Shown here piece by piece: positions 21,335 to 34,553 of a stretch of 50,670 bases of DNA. A model generated the notes under the pieces. That model worked only from the letters and a program-made list of their open reading frames with translations, made no database searches and was not told where the DNA came from. How positions within the stretch are numbered: the first letter of the stretch is position 1; each line of letters begins with the position of its first letter. The stretch lies in contig NC_068986.1 of NCBI RefSeq assembly GCF_001194135.2, positions 9,780,911-9,831,580 on the forward strand, in the 5' to 3' direction. The translations under genes were made by a program, and so were the position numbers. The DNA is from Octopus bimaculoides. Its lineage: Eukaryota.

Positions 21335-22175
21335 CATTGCCTTTGCACAGCTTCTAATGCTAGAGATGTACTACAGTGTCAGCTGTTCACTACCAGTGAA
21401 CTAAGGTAACACCTCTTATTTTTCGAGCAACTTCCAGAGTATTTGGGTGGTTCCAAGCAGTGCTGTTTTCTGCAAGTGCTCCACCCTTATTGCAGCCCCT
21501 ATTTGTTCCATATACTTCTGAAGATTTTTGCTCACTGTTCCCAGGGCTCCGACAATTATTGGTATTACTACCACCTTTTTCATTGACCACAACTGCTTAA
21601 TCTCCCAAGCTAACTGGTCATATCTCTCGACTTTTCTTTCTTCCTTATCGCATACCTTGTTGTCAGCTGGGCATGCTATGTCTATGATCTGGCTTTGTTT
21701 GTTTTCTTTTTCAATTAAGACTATGTCCGGCTTCCTATTCTCAATCCCATGGTTGCACTGAATCATAAAATCCCACAGGATCTTTGCATTTTTATTTTCG
21801 ATGATGCCTTCGGGTCTGTGGTTATACCAATTTTTTGATCTGTCAAGTCCATACTTGTAAAGTGTCCAATGGACAAGCCTGGCTATATTGTCGTGGCGTC
21901 TCTTATATTCCTTCTGGGCTAGTGGCGTACATTGGCTGGTAATATGCCATACAGTTTCACTGTTTTGTCCACAGATTCTGCACTTATCACTTTCTGCTGT
22001 GTTGTCTGTTCTGTATTTTATGTAGTTTGTTCTTAGTGCTTGCTCTTGGGCAGCACAGATTAGAGCCTCCGCTTTCGGTTTTAAATCACTTTTAGTCATC
22101 CACAGCCATCTTTTTTCTCTGTCTTATCTTCAACATCCCTATGAAGATGAAGTTGACCATGCATTCTTCTTCTTC
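21335..22175 (-). pseudogene. 5'-truncated R4/Dong LINE: CCHC zinc knuckle + RLE endonuclease + 3'UTR + (TAA)n tail
   Basis: Uninterrupted 227-aa ORF 21416-22099: AAQEQALRT, CRICGQNSETVWHITSQC, RHD, KPDIV...IIDIACP, KVERY, LQKTALLGT. Confidence 0.92.
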
Positions 22176-22189
22176 TAATTATTATGATT

Positions 22190-22648
22190 ATTATTATTAT
22201 TATTATTGAGAGAACAGGACATGGCAAAAGAGTGATACTGGGGTACAAATATAGGAAGCCCAATATCCCCTCATGACTATCTGTCTGATAAGGGTACACC
22301 AGACACATGCATCATAACCATTTGTGAGCGACACGATGACTTCATATCAAGATGAACAGTGCATGACCTCATATCAAAATAAACAGCACACGACCTTGCA
22401 GGTGGGACCTAGTTAGAACTTTCTTCTGGTTGAGTCACCCATCCTGCCAGAGATGCACATATCATAAACCACTAAGGGACATGCTCAACTGGTTAAGGTC
22501 AAACAAGTGACAATCAAATCTGTGGTATTGAGCAGAATATTTACTGTAGCCCATCTTTTTTACCAGGACAAAACAATGTCCATGATAACACTTCCAATCA
22601 GTTAAGATCAGAAACCATGAGAGCCATTGCCTGGTACAGCATCAAGGC

Positions 22649-22651
<3 letters not shown>
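22190..22651 (-). mobile_element. Family F (TAA)n-embedded non-coding retroelement, internally deleted
   Basis: Homologous to 41167-41724 but lacks about 150 bp of its centre. (TAA)n on both sides. Confidence 0.75.
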
Positions 22652-22706
<55 letters not shown>

Positions 22707-22724
22707 GTTGTTGTTGTTGTTGTT

Positions 22725-22935
22725 GTCAAGGCAGGAAGCTGGTAGAATCATTAGCATTCCAGGTGAAATGCTCGGTGGCATTTCGTCTGTCTTTACGTTC
22801 TGAGTTCAAATTCCACCGAGGTTGACTTTGCCTTTCATCCTTTCGGAGTCGATAAAATAAGTACCAGTTGAGTACTGGGGTTGGTGTAATCAACTCATCC
22901 CCTCCCCCAAAATCGATGCCCTTGTGGCAAAATTT
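22725..22935 (+). mobile_element. tRNA-SINE family B
   Basis: ggcaggaagctggtagaatcattagc...gagttcaaattccaccgaggttgactttgcctttcatcctttcggagtcgataaaataagtaccag. Confidence 0.85.
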
Positions 22936-22944
22936 GACACCATT

Positions 22945-23216
22945 ATTATTATTTACATTATTTACATTTGACGGATTTTTGTCCTCATCTTGTTTGTTGT
23001 TAACACGTTTCAGCTGATACACCCTCCAGCCTTCATCAGGTGACTTGGAGGAAATTTCGAAACTGGGTTCTTATTCCTAAAGTATTTTTCAATGTTATTA
23101 TTATTATTGTTGTTGTTATTGTTGTTGTTGTTATTATTATTCAGGTCACTGCTTGGAATCGAACTTGGAATCTTGGGGTTAGTAGCCTGCGCTCTTAACC
23201 ACTACGCTATATGCCC
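22945..23216 (-). mobile_element. Family E copy 2: tRNA-like head + (AAT/AAC)n + hammerhead tail
   Basis: Minus strand gggcatatagcgtagtggttaagagcgcaggctactaacccc...agttcgattcc; CTGATGA at 23039-23033, GAAAC at 23011-23007. Ends gtcaaatgtaaataatgtaaataat like copy 1. Confidence 0.75.
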
Positions 23217-23934
23217 GTCATTAATGTTGTTGTCATCATCATGTAGTAGTATTAGTATTAGTATTAATAGTAGTATTAGTAGTAGTTGTAGTAGAGCAGC
23301 AGCAGCTGTGGTGGTGGTGGTGGTGGTGGTGGTGACTGTAGCAGTAGTAGTAAGTCAACTAAGGCATGATTCATCAGCGTTGCTGTTTATTGTAGAGAAA
23401 TAACAATAACAAAACGTTTCAGTCTATTGGGAAATACCTTGGTGAAGGAAGTAAACTATTACAAGTGTGAATCATAGTGACAAGCTGTCACCCCTATTCA
23501 CTAGCTAAGATAGCAGGAGGTGGGGGTGGAGGCGGTAGGGATGACACTTTTGGGTCTGTTGTAGGTAATATGTATTTTTGATGGGGTCCTGGGTGGCAAA
23601 TGGAAGGGCTGTCCTGGGTGGACACACTCTAACTATGCTATTACCCCTATTTCATCATTAATTGGTTTATTCCATTTTTAAAAATTTATTATTCTCTCCA
23701 CATTTACAACACTTTACACCTGTCTGTCTGTTTCTCAGCCCAAACCCTTATGTTGCCTCACCTATTCTCACCCCACCCCCAATGTCCCTCGAGGGCATGT
23801 CCCAACACATCTTTGCGGTCATCTCTCTTTATCTTACTCTTCAACTCACTTTCCCTCCTTTCCCAACTGGAGTATCCATGTGTTGATCCTACATCAAGAC
23901 ATCTATATCTGTCCCCTCTCTAACTGGCACAAGG

Positions 23935-24250
23935 CCACACCTCCATCAAAATACTATTCCTCACCCTCCCAGTTGAGGGGTTTCTACACGGCAAGGTATT
24001 TGGTGACCCTGTCAGTGCTGTTGTCATGTAAAAAGCACTGGTGATGATGGTTGTACATAAAAAAAGCACCCTGTAAATTGGTTGGGTATTAGGAAGGGCA
24101 TCCAGCTGTAGAAACCAAGCCAGAACAGACAATGGAACCTGGTGCAGCCCCTCACTTTACCAGCTCCTGTCAAATCATCCAACCCATGCCAGCATGGAAA
24201 ACAGACGTTAAATGACGATGATGATGATAGTTATAACAGACAGACAGACA

Positions 24251-24284
<34 letters not shown>

Positions 24285-24700
24285 ATATGTATATGTTTGT
24301 ATATATATGTATATATGTATATATATNNNNNNNNNNNNNNNNNNNNNNNNNNNNNNNNNNNNNNNNNNNNNNNNNNNNNNNNNNNNNNNNNNNNNNNNNN
24401 NNNNNNNNNNNNNNNNNNNNNNNNNNNNNNNNNNNNNNNNNNNNNNNNNNNTATATATATAAAGGGCATTACTGTACATAAATGCCTCACGGTAGGAGGG
24501 ACTCTAAAAGTCAAACTACCATAATAAACACATTTTTACCGAATGCGAGCGAATGCATTAGGAAGGGCAACCAGCTGTAGAAGCCTTGCCAGAACAGATT
24601 GGAGCCCAGTGCAGTTTCCTGGCTTGCCAGCCCTCAGTTAAACCATCCAACCCAAGCCAGCATAGAAACCAGATGTTAAACAATGATGATGATGATGATG
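23935..24700 (+). mobile_element. Family D copies (23935-24225, 24550-24700) around a Penelope-like stub (24452-24550)
   Basis: ttaggaagggcatccagctgtagaaa...aacccatgccagcatggaaa...gatgatgat. The stub matches the left arm of the 7281 palindrome. Confidence 0.7.
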
Positions 24701-25544
24701 ATAATGGACAATTCCAGAGAATTGATGTCCAGGAAAGTAAAGATGGGTCATAGAAGTGGCTAATGGTTGACCTTTCCTTCAGAACTAGAAGAATCCATCA
24801 ATCAATGTTATTGATATCCTTGATAAGATACCAATTTTCTTGAAGAAATGTATTGTAATGGCTAATGAAACACTTTTTGATTATAGGGTACCCGCTGCTA
24901 TATTTGTTCATAAAACTCATTTTACGTTCAGTGGAGCAGACCATTTAAAGTGAAGCATTTTCTCTACAGAGATAATTCAACAAACATCAATGAAGTAATA
25001 GGAAACATCAACTTCTAGACTGGTACCCAGCGCTGGATTAACCATTAAGCAAAATAAGCACATGCTTAAGGCATCAAGAGAAGGAGGAGGGGCACCACAG
25101 AAATAGTAAATGGTTTACAGTACAAAAGAAATCACTTTAAATTTGCCAAAATAATATTCGGGATGCCTTTATCTCTACTAAGTATAGATGTAGATTGTTA
25201 CCTCAGATTTATTTTGAGGATCCGATCGCAGACTTTGCAATTCAAAAAAGTAGGAGGAAACTTTTTAGATATAAATAAAGTGGAAGTGTACAAAATTAAG
25301 CATTATTTTCCCTCTTCCCTTTTACAGTGATTTGGAAACGTTTCATTGGACAGCTTCTTGGCAATTACATCACAGCTAAAAGAAAACTGACTAATCGATG
25401 ATTCATTGCAAAACTGTGACATTGGAACAGCAGGTCTTTAAACCTGTTTACTTAAATTTAAATAACAGTAAAACATCTTTTATTAATCCAAGTTGACATT
25501 AAGAAAATGTGGAAATACTTAGCAACAGACCGTCATCAATAGAT

Positions 25545-25858
25545 ATCTTTCACTTGTTTCAGGCATTAGACTGCGGCCATGCTGGGGCACAGCCTTCAAG
25601 AATCTTCAGTTGAATGAACTGACACTGGTGCTTATTTTTTTAAAGCTTGATAGTTATTCTATCAATCTCTTCTGCCAAACCGCTAAGTTATGGCGACCTA
25701 AACAAACCAACACTGGTTGTCAAGCGATGGTGTGTGTGGGAAACATCAATACACACACACACACACACACACATATATTATAGGCTTCTTTCAATTTTCG
25801 TCTAAATGCACTCACAAGGCTTTGTTCTGATCGAGGTTGTAATGGGAGGCACTTGCCC
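25545..25858 (-). mobile_element. OR1-like SINE lacking head
   Basis: Tail, (CA)n and CORE ending ggcacttgcccaa. Confidence 0.75.
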
Positions 25859-25946
25859 AATCTATCAATATTTTATTTATCGTGTATAAGTGTGATAAGC
25901 AAAGGCAATTGTTTGATTCCTGTTAATTAGAAGCATTCATTAATTA

Positions 25947-26111
25947 GGTGCAGGTGTGGCTGTGTGGTAAGGCTTTTGCTTCCCAACCACATTGCTCCAG
26001 GTTCAGTCCCACTGCATGATATATTGAGCAAGTGTCTTCTACTATAGCCCAGACTGACCAAAACATTGTGAGTGGATTTGGTAGATGGAAAATGAAAAAT
26101 GTTTGTCATGC

Positions 26112-26179
<68 letters not shown>

Positions 26180-26385
26180 TCCCCCCCCCCCATCACATCT
26201 TGACAACTGGTGTTGGTGTGTTTACGTCCTCATAACTTAACAGTTCAACAAAAGAGACCGATAGAATAAGCACCAGGCTTGAAAATAAAATAAAAGTACC
26301 GGTGCTAATTTGTTTGACCAAAAACTCTTCAAGGGGTGCATGGCCGCAGTTAAATGACTGAAACAAGTAAATGAATAAAAGAGAG
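25947..26385 (+). mobile_element. OR1-like CORE-SINE, full length
   Basis: ggtgcaggtgtggctgtgtggtaagg...ggttcagtccca...tail gcatggccgcagttaaatgactgaaacaagtaaa. Confidence 0.88.
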
Positions 26386-28314
26386 AAAAATCCAATTTGG
26401 CAAACCAGTTTTCATTCATTCCCAGCTGAGTTTCTCCTTGAATTTGTGGCATAAAATCCAAGTGAGGGACCAGGAAATATTGACTTCCTGTACCAACAAA
26501 AACGAACGGCTTCGTTAAAGGAGGAAAGACAGATTCCTTCATGTTTCATTTTTGCAGTGATGCAACATGGACCAACACAGGTTGGTGCCTTTTATGTGCA
26601 TCCGCTGTAGTTGAAGTAGTTATATTTAAAGAAAGGAATAACCCAAACCCTAAACTATGTCACTGCTTTCTAGGGGCCCCTTTCTATGAATGATAGATAA
26701 CAGCCAAGCAATGGTGTTAAAATCGCAACAACTATCTACCAGACTGTGATTAAAATAAGTGTAGCTGGTTGGTGTGTAAGACAATGTTCAAAGTGGTTTT
26801 GTATTTATTTGTTTTACATTATGTCCAAAGATATAAGACTAACACTTTGTACCCATTATCCACAATTTCGTTTTAGATATGAAATATGAACTTTGAATCC
26901 GTCGAGGTTGATAGTCAAACCGCCACTTTCTACGTTATTATTATCATTATTATTATTTTTTCAAATTTCAAATAGAATAATATATATTCAACAAATATAC
27001 TTAATTTCTAAGGTCAGTTGCTGATGATGGGGTGGGGTTTAGTTATTGTTGAGGGGGCTAGGTTTTTGACCCGAATTTGATATTTATTTTTAATTATAAA
27101 ATGGAAAGGAAATAAAGAAAAAAAATTTTATAATTGCCTTGAGCAGTAACGAGTTCAAATATTTAAAATCTTAAAAATGAAGTGAAAGGTAATTGACAAA
27201 TGTCGCAGAATTAAAACTAAAATTCTGGAGAGTCGAAACATTGAGTTCTTTTGATGTAGAAAACTTTTGAGCGGCAATAAGTGATACACCTACACAAATG
27301 TGCCCTTCACTTCGTTTCCTCATAACTTCCAGAAAAGTGNNNNNNNNNNNNNNNNNNNNNNNNNNNNNNNNNNNNNNNNNNNNNNNNNNNNNNNNNNNNN
27401 NNNNNNNNNNNNNNNNNNNNNNNNNNNNNNNNNNNNNNNNNNNNNNNNNNNNNNNNNNNNNNNNNNNNNNNNNNNNNNNNNNNNNNNNNNNNNNNNNNNN
27501 NNNNNNNNNNNNNNNNNNNNNNNNNNNNNNNNNNNNNNNNNNNNNNNNNNNNNNNNNNNNNNNNNNNNNNNNNNNNNNNNNNNNNNNNNNNNNNNNNNNN
27601 NNNNNNNNNNNNNNNNNNNNNNNNNNNNNNNNNNNNNNNNNNNNNNNNNNNNNNNNNNNNNNNNNNNNNNNNNNNNNNNNNNNNNNNNNNNNNNNNNNNN
27701 NNNNNNNNNNNNNNNNNNNNNNNNNNNNNNNNNNNNNNNNNNNNNNNNNNNNNNNNNNNNNNNNNNNNNNNNNNNNNNNNNNNNNNNNNNNNNNNNNNNN
27801 NNNNNNNNNNNNNNNNNNNNNNNNNNNNNNNNNNNNNNNNNNNNNNNNNNNNNNNNNNNNNNNNNNNNNNNNNNNNNNNNNNNNNNNNNNNNNNNNNNNN
27901 NNNNNNNNNNNNNNNNNNNNNNNNNNNNNNNNNNNNNNNNNNNNNNNNNNNNNNNNNNNNNNNNNNNNNNNNNNNNNNNNNNNNNNNNNNNNNNNNNNNN
28001 NNNNNNNNNNNNNNNNNNNNNNNNNNNNNNNNNNNNNNNNNNNNNNNNNNNNNNNNNNNNNNNNNNNNNNNNNNNNNNNNNNNNNNNNNNNNNNNNNNNN
28101 NNNNNNNNNNNNNNNNNNNNNNNNNNNNNNNNNNNNNNNNNNNNNNNNNNNNNNNNNNNNNNNNNNNNNNNNNNNNNAATCAATAAGTTGTGACAAAATA
28201 TAGATTAAAAGAAGAAAAAAAAAAACCCCTGGCTAAATGCTGTCAATCCATTTCTATTCCAACATATAACCATTAAATTTATTTTATGATAAGAAAGCTT
28301 GAATATTCTTTTCT

Positions 28315-28860
28315 AGTATAGACACAAGGCCCGAAATTTTTGGGGAGAGGTCCAGTTGATTAGACCGATCAATATGCAACTGGTACTTAATTTATCGGCC
28401 TCAAAAGGATGAAAGGCAAAGTCGACCTCGCCGGAATTTGAACTCAGAACGTAAAGACACGAAATACCGCTAAGCATTTCACCCAGCATGCTAACGTTTC
28501 TGCCAGCGCGCCGCCTTAAGAAAGCTTGAATATTGCACAAAATCGTTTAAGTACGTCTTTTGTGCCAAAGTAGATATTTCTCAATTCATAGGAAAGACAC
28601 ATGGCTATCGAACCTTTGGTATTAAAGGCAAAGTCCATACAGGCCGTATTTGAACTCAGAATGTCAAGAGAAGTAAGGTATTGTGCTATTTATTCCATCT
28701 CTTTACGTTCAATTCCCGCTGAGGTCAAATTTGTCTTTCATCCTTTCGGGGGTCGATAAAATAAAGTTTCTAATCAACTATTGTAGTCGATGATATTCAC
28801 TAACTTCACTTTCCCCGCCCTCAAAAATTGCCGATTTTTGTGGCTAAATCGGAAACAATT
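28315..28860. mobile_element. tRNA-SINE family B copies (28315-28515 minus; 28690-28860 plus, partial)
   Basis: Family B motifs on both strands. Confidence 0.75.
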
Positions 28861-29437
28861 GCATCAGACTTAATATTAAAATCGAACCTGCTACCATCTC
28901 AGACGCCTTGAATGCCGACAAAAATTTAAATAAATATGTATATAGAATAGATATGTGAAAGGAAAACAAGTCTACTAGTATTTTTTTAATTTTACATTGA
29001 AAACTCAGCTACCCACTGGCTGACCGACCAAGCGCGTGACTACGAGTATTTGGTATTGTATCGAGTTTGTCTTCTTAAACATCACCATTAATGATCAATT
29101 GAATAAAATGATTCACCGACAAATTCTTTTACAAGATTAGTCATCGTTCAAATGTTACGTGTCAAATACAAAGCTATTTCTCTTTTATCTTCCCCGTTCA
29201 TTTTCCAACTGCAAACAGTTTCTTTCATGACATCAAAAAAAGTGTCTATAGTTATTGTAATAAAATAAAAACACATTTCATTTATTTGTATGTTACATTA
29301 TTATTTTTTGGGGTGACGAGATACTGTTTTTATTGTGAAAAGAAAGAAAAAAACATTAAAAAGTATAGAAGATAAAATTATTGTAACAAAACAACTCAGA
29401 ACTACTTCATCAAAAAAGCAAAGAAAAAGAAAAATAA

Positions 29438-29785
29438 GTGTGGCGGAGGGCGGATTAAACAGTAGGATACGCGGGACGAGTAGCGAGTTGTACTCCCCAG
29501 AACAAGTGGCGTGTCTAGTCACGCTTCGCAGACATGATTGTACAGGCATTGCTGTGGAGAATGGTCAGAGACACTCCCAACAACAGCCGTCCACGTCTGT
29601 CGTCTCGGTGGCGACCGGCAGAAACTAATAGCAGACGGTCAAGCTCCCGCATTTAATTTCCTCTCCTCTGTTTTACGGGCGGCGATACCCGGGTTTGCGG
29701 CCGATGCAACAGGAATGGAACCCGAGAACGTATCGCAACACATCTCCTCCCCAGGTTAGGGATTTGCCTCCCTCGTATGAGAATT
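29438..29785 (+). mobile_element. CpG-rich dispersed repeat, probably the 5'UTR of an RTE-clade LINE
   Basis: Aligns by eye with the reverse complement of 35490-35725 (ccccagaa-caa-tgg...atgattg...gaatg..cagagacactc..acaaca). The RTE assignment is from recall and from the same-strand RTE RT at 31121. Confidence 0.45.
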
Positions 29786-29959
29786 TTTATTTTAGTCATC
29801 TATTGTAGTCTACATCACTATTTCTCCTCTCAACCCATAAGTTCAAGAACGAAATTTGCTTTGGGGTTGCAAACCCAGGTCCAAAATATTTTACAAACAA
29901 GGTCGATTTTTTTCCCAGTCTTAATATCGAAACAAACACGGGTATAGTAATCCTTTCAA

Positions 29960-30307
29960 CTATAAGCACAAGGCCTGAAATGTTGGGGGAGGAGGCTAGT
30001 CGATTACATCTACTCCAGTATTCAACTGGTATTTATTTCATCGACCCCGAAAGAATAAAAGGCAAAGTTGATCTCGGCGGAATTTGAACTCAGAGCGTAC
30101 AGACAGACGATATACCACTAAGCATTTTGTCCAGCCTGCTAACAATTCTACCGACTTGCCACCTTAAACCCGTGTATAATAACAATCACTAGTTGGCCCT
30201 GTGCCGTCAAAATTGACGGCTAATTGTAGTATTTTATAAATATGGATGGTAAATCAAATGAACAAGGCGTGGGGAGCTGGCAGAAACGTTAGCACGCCGG
30301 GCGAAAT
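29960..30307. mobile_element. tRNA-SINE family B (29960-30165 minus) plus a head stub before the gap (30268-30307 plus)
   Basis: Family B motifs. Confidence 0.75.
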
Positions 30308-31120
30308 NNNNNNNNNNNNNNNNNNNNNNNNNNNNNNNNNNNNNNNNNNNNNNNNNNNNNNNNNNNNNNNNNNNNNNNNNNNNNNNNNNNNNNNNNNNNN
30401 NNNNNNNNNNNNNNNNNNNNNNNNNNNNNNNNNNNNNNNNNNNNNNNNNNNNNNNNNNNNNNNNNNNNNNNNNNNNNNNNNNNNNNNNNNNNNNNNNNNN
30501 NNNNNNNNNNNNNNNNNNNNNNNNNNNNNNNNNNNNNNNNNNNNNNNNNNNNNNNNNNNNNNNNNNNNNNNNNNNNNNNNNNNNNNNNNNNNNNNNNNNN
30601 NNNNNNNNNNNNNNNNNNNNNNNNNNNNNNNNNNNNNNNNNNNNNNNNNNNNNNNNNNNNNNNNNNNNNNNNNNNNNNNNNNNNNNNNNNNNNNNNNNNN
30701 NNNNNNNNNNNNNNNNNNNNNNNNNNNNNNNNNNNNNNNNNNNNNNNNNNNNNNNNNNNNNNNNNNNNNNNNNNNNNNNNNNNNNNNNNNNNNNNNNNNN
30801 NNNNNNNNNNNNNNNNNNNNNNNNNNNNNNNNNNNNNNNNNNNNNNNNNNNNNNNNNNNNNNNNNNNNNNNNNNNNNNNNNNNNNNNNNNNNNNNNNNNN
30901 NNNNNNNNNNNNNNNNNNNNNNNNNNNNNNNNNNNNNNNNNNNNNNNNNNNNNNNNNNNNNNNNNNNNNNNNNNNNNNNNNNNNNNNNNNNNNNNNNNNN
31001 NNNNNNNNNNNNNNNNNNNNNNNNNNNNNNNNNNNNNNNNNNNNNNNNNNNNNNNNNNNNNNNNNNNNNNNNNNNNNNNNNNNNNNNNNNNNNNNNNNNN
31101 NNNNNNNNNNNNNNNNNNNN

Positions 31121-32300
31121 GTGCTGTGGAAAATTTTTGTCAAAAGCTGGTCTTCCTGATAAAATGATAAGGGTAATGGTATCCTTGCATAAAGGAATGA
31201 TGGCAACAGGGATATCTAGTAGTCAATGTTGAGATGTGTTTTAGCTCCCATATTCGTTTCAATGATGCTCCAACATTTTATACCATGAAGGTATAAAGGT
31301 CCAGTTTCGCTCAGAAGGAGGTCTATTAAACCTAAAAGGGCAAGGTCTCAGAGCAAAGAAAAGACCAAGAGATTCTACGCGACTTTCTGCTAGCTGATGA
31401 TTGGGCTTCGATTTCTCACGCATTTAAGGGAATTCAGGAAACGGTGGACCAGTTTGCTGTGGCGGTTTGTGCATTTGAACTGAGTATCAGCATCAAGAAG
31501 AGTGAAGTTTTATTCCAACCAAACCCTGGGACAGGACATACTCAAGATTCAAATGTGATGATTGCCAACGAGCCACTCAAATGGGTCAGGTCATTTAAAT
31601 ATCTTGGAAGGACAGTAAACTTTAAGATTACTCTTGATGACGAAATCAATGCTAGACTGTCTAAGGCTACAAAGGCTTTTGGAAGACTTTCCCATTGTTT
31701 GTAGGATGAACACGGTGTCAGTCTGAAAACTAAAATGGGTGCCTACAAATCTTGTACTTTGAGCATATTTTTGTATGGGGCAGAAGCATGGACTCCCTAC
31801 TTCAGACATATAAAAATAACCCTGAAATCTTCCACATGTGCAGTTTGTGCAATATCTGCAACGTGAAATGGCAAGATAAGATATCAAATGTCGAAATCTT
31901 AGAATGTTGCTGAGAATTCAGTGTAGATGGGTATGACATGTTGTTCGAATGAAAAATGACCGCATTCCAAAAATTCTTTTGTATGGCCAACAAGTGCAGG
32001 GACGCAGCTGTAAAAGTATCCGCAGTCCTTGGGTATAAGGATAAGTTGAAGCAATTATTAAAATCTCTACAGCTTAATTAGACATCTTAGGAAAGTCATT
32101 GCCTAGATCGATCTGCATGGCGTAAAATGTGTTACGATGTATGAAAAAAATTTAAGAAACTTATCCATAAAAGAATTATATCTTGCATTTGTCTGATCTC
32201 TGGTAAAATGAAAATCATCGGTGTCCCCATTGTGACGTCATAGCGAAATCCATTTCTAGACTCAAATTACATTCACACATCCATTGCAAATAGGTGTAAC
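31121..32300 (+). pseudogene. Decayed RTE (BovB-like) LINE, RT domain to 3' end
   Basis: GLPDKMIRVMVSLHKGM, frameshifted (F)ADD region, ELSISIKKSEVLFQP, SFKYLG, LDDEINARLSKATKAFGRL, SLKTK..Y...LSIFLYGAEAWT, HSHI terminus. Confidence 0.88.
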
Positions 32301-33019
32301 TCCTACTGTGCTTTTCTTTTTACAACTTGTTTTCTCTTTTTCCTACTTTTTTTCCCCTTCAAATTCTTAAGAGTCGAAATCGACGGGAGCGACCATCACA
32401 TCAACAAATTCAAATGAATCTAACAATGGAAAATTAATGTTTCAAATCAGTCACAAAATATTTCTACGCTCGTTTGTTTTGGCGATGAAGATTTTTAGGA
32501 CGATGTTCAAAGCATTTTCGTTGCACCTCCCCAAAAACATTAGGGGTACACTTGCACCCATGCGTTCCCTGTTCCTGAGCCTACGTCTCTACCCTACAAC
32601 ACATACAAACTAGTTGTTGCAACCTTTTCTTTTTTTGCATTAACATAATTAGTTAAGTTAACTACAGTCTATGACTTGATTTATCCATCATATATAAAAC
32701 TCTGGACAAGAGATACAAATGATAAAATTCACATGACGGCGACAGAATGAGTTTTTTTTTTTAGTATTTCAATCAAATATTAAATGTCACGTTTAAAATT
32801 ACAAACGATTCAGTAATACTGAGCCTCTGATAACGTCAACATAACGTATCTACAAAGTTTTAGTGTTAAATAAACAGGGTCAAGTATAACTGATTCACTT
32901 TAAATTATGTGTCCATAGTTGGACAGGGCGTAAAATAGATCAATTACCATTTAGTTGTGACCACACAGAAGTGGGCCAGAATTTGTCATTCGCTTTCCAA
33001 ACTTGTGATTCTTTCACAG

Positions 33020-33296
33020 TGCATATGGAAAAGTTACCGCTGAATTCGGAAATTCTCGATTCGTTTCTGCAACGGTTATTAATCATGAAAGTGATTCAAA
33101 TTCTCCCGCACTCTTCAGTTTTATGGATATTCCCGCCTCCAAGTCAAGTGGGCAAACGATGATAGAATCACAATTCCACGGGATTCCGGCACAGGTATTC
33201 TATCTCCAAGGGTCTTCTGTTCGAATCACAAAAGTATCAAAATTTGAACTTAACAGAGGACAACTGGAAGTTTCTACACACGAGATCCGTGGCTAG
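33020..33296 (+). other. Candidate coding exon (91 open codons after a strong acceptor)
   Basis: gattctttcacAG then AYGKVTAEFGNSRFVSATVINHESDSNSPALFSFMDIPASKSSGQTMIESQFHGIPAQ, with a possible donor CAG|GTATTC at 33194/5 or read-through to TAG at 33294-6. Product not recognised. Confidence 0.3.
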
Positions 33297-34553
33297 TGAA
33301 ACGTCTCAACCAGACGGAGTAGTACAATTGATGAAGCCATTAAAACTAGAGACAGGCTTGGAAAGACTAGAAGAAAGCAAAGATCAAAGAATAATATCTA
33401 GCAGCTGAAAGAGAAACTAGGTGTTAGGTTCCTCAGTAAGTGAAGAAATAAATTCTTAGTCAAACAAGCAATCACTGGATGCGCCTACACCGCTCGGATG
33501 TTTCACATTCCCACTTGCATCCTACCATTTCAATGTTTATATCCATTTCCTTATCAACGACCCTCATATAGCTGTGTCTGACTCTCTCTCTCTCTCAATT
33601 TTCTCTGCCAGTCTGTCTTTCTGCCTCACTTTTATTACCATCTTACTCTGGTTCTCTCTCATCTTCTAACACTTATAATTCTGGTTCTTTTCTCCTGCTC
33701 TCTCCACTCTTTCTCTCGGCTCCAACAGGCATTAGTTTATTTGCCTGGATGCCAATATGATGAATGCCATCCCCCTTCCTTTAGCTATACTTCATATCTG
33801 GAGCCGTCAAAATAGCATAAGCCTGACACTGACAATTTTTGCCTTTGCACCAACAAGGGCTAATGTAGCGCGGACTCGGCAGACAGTTACTGCGACAACG
33901 ATTTTCCCATTAGCTATAACACTGCAACCAGGGCATCCCCCGCACGTCATAAACTCCGTATAATAGAGAAGAGCTATTAGACTGTCGTTATAATATACCC
34001 TACCATATCAGATGGTGCCATAGAGACACGGATACTCTTCAACTGTCCCCGCCGAGGCAGCCCTAACCCAGCATCCCTCACTGCTATTCACTTTGAACCA
34101 CTTTCATTTAGAAGCTAAAGCGCTAATAACATATTAAAGGTATCAAAGGAGATGCTTGGGTAGAGTTTCGGAATTGCTCTCATGTGGGAAAGGAAAAGCT
34201 CGGAATGGCACCAGGGAGGGGTGGCGGTGGGTGGTCGATGTACAAAGCTGAAATTTTGGGGAATAAAATTCCTTCACAATCGTAATCCTCGTTGCTGAGA
34301 GATGTGTGTGGGTGTGGGAATAAACTTCCCGTTTTCTTTCCCCAAGAATTAGTGAAAGCTATTCCGAAAACTCTTGCCTTCGAGCATTTATACCAAACTG
34401 GCGCAGTGTAGAGGATAGCAGCAGCAACAACAAAAACACGAAACATTCTTTTTCTCTTATTCTTTCAATGCTTTCAGTCGAGGGATTGCGGCCATGCTGG
34501 AGGGACACACATCCTCATCCGCATTGTCATCGTCGTCGTCGTTGTAACGTCCG

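Noticed and set aside
27171-27339. 55-codon open frame on the minus strand next to a gap (TFLEVMRKRSEGHICVG...)
   Set aside because: It is truncated by the gap, with no recognisable motif or acceptor; not supportable.
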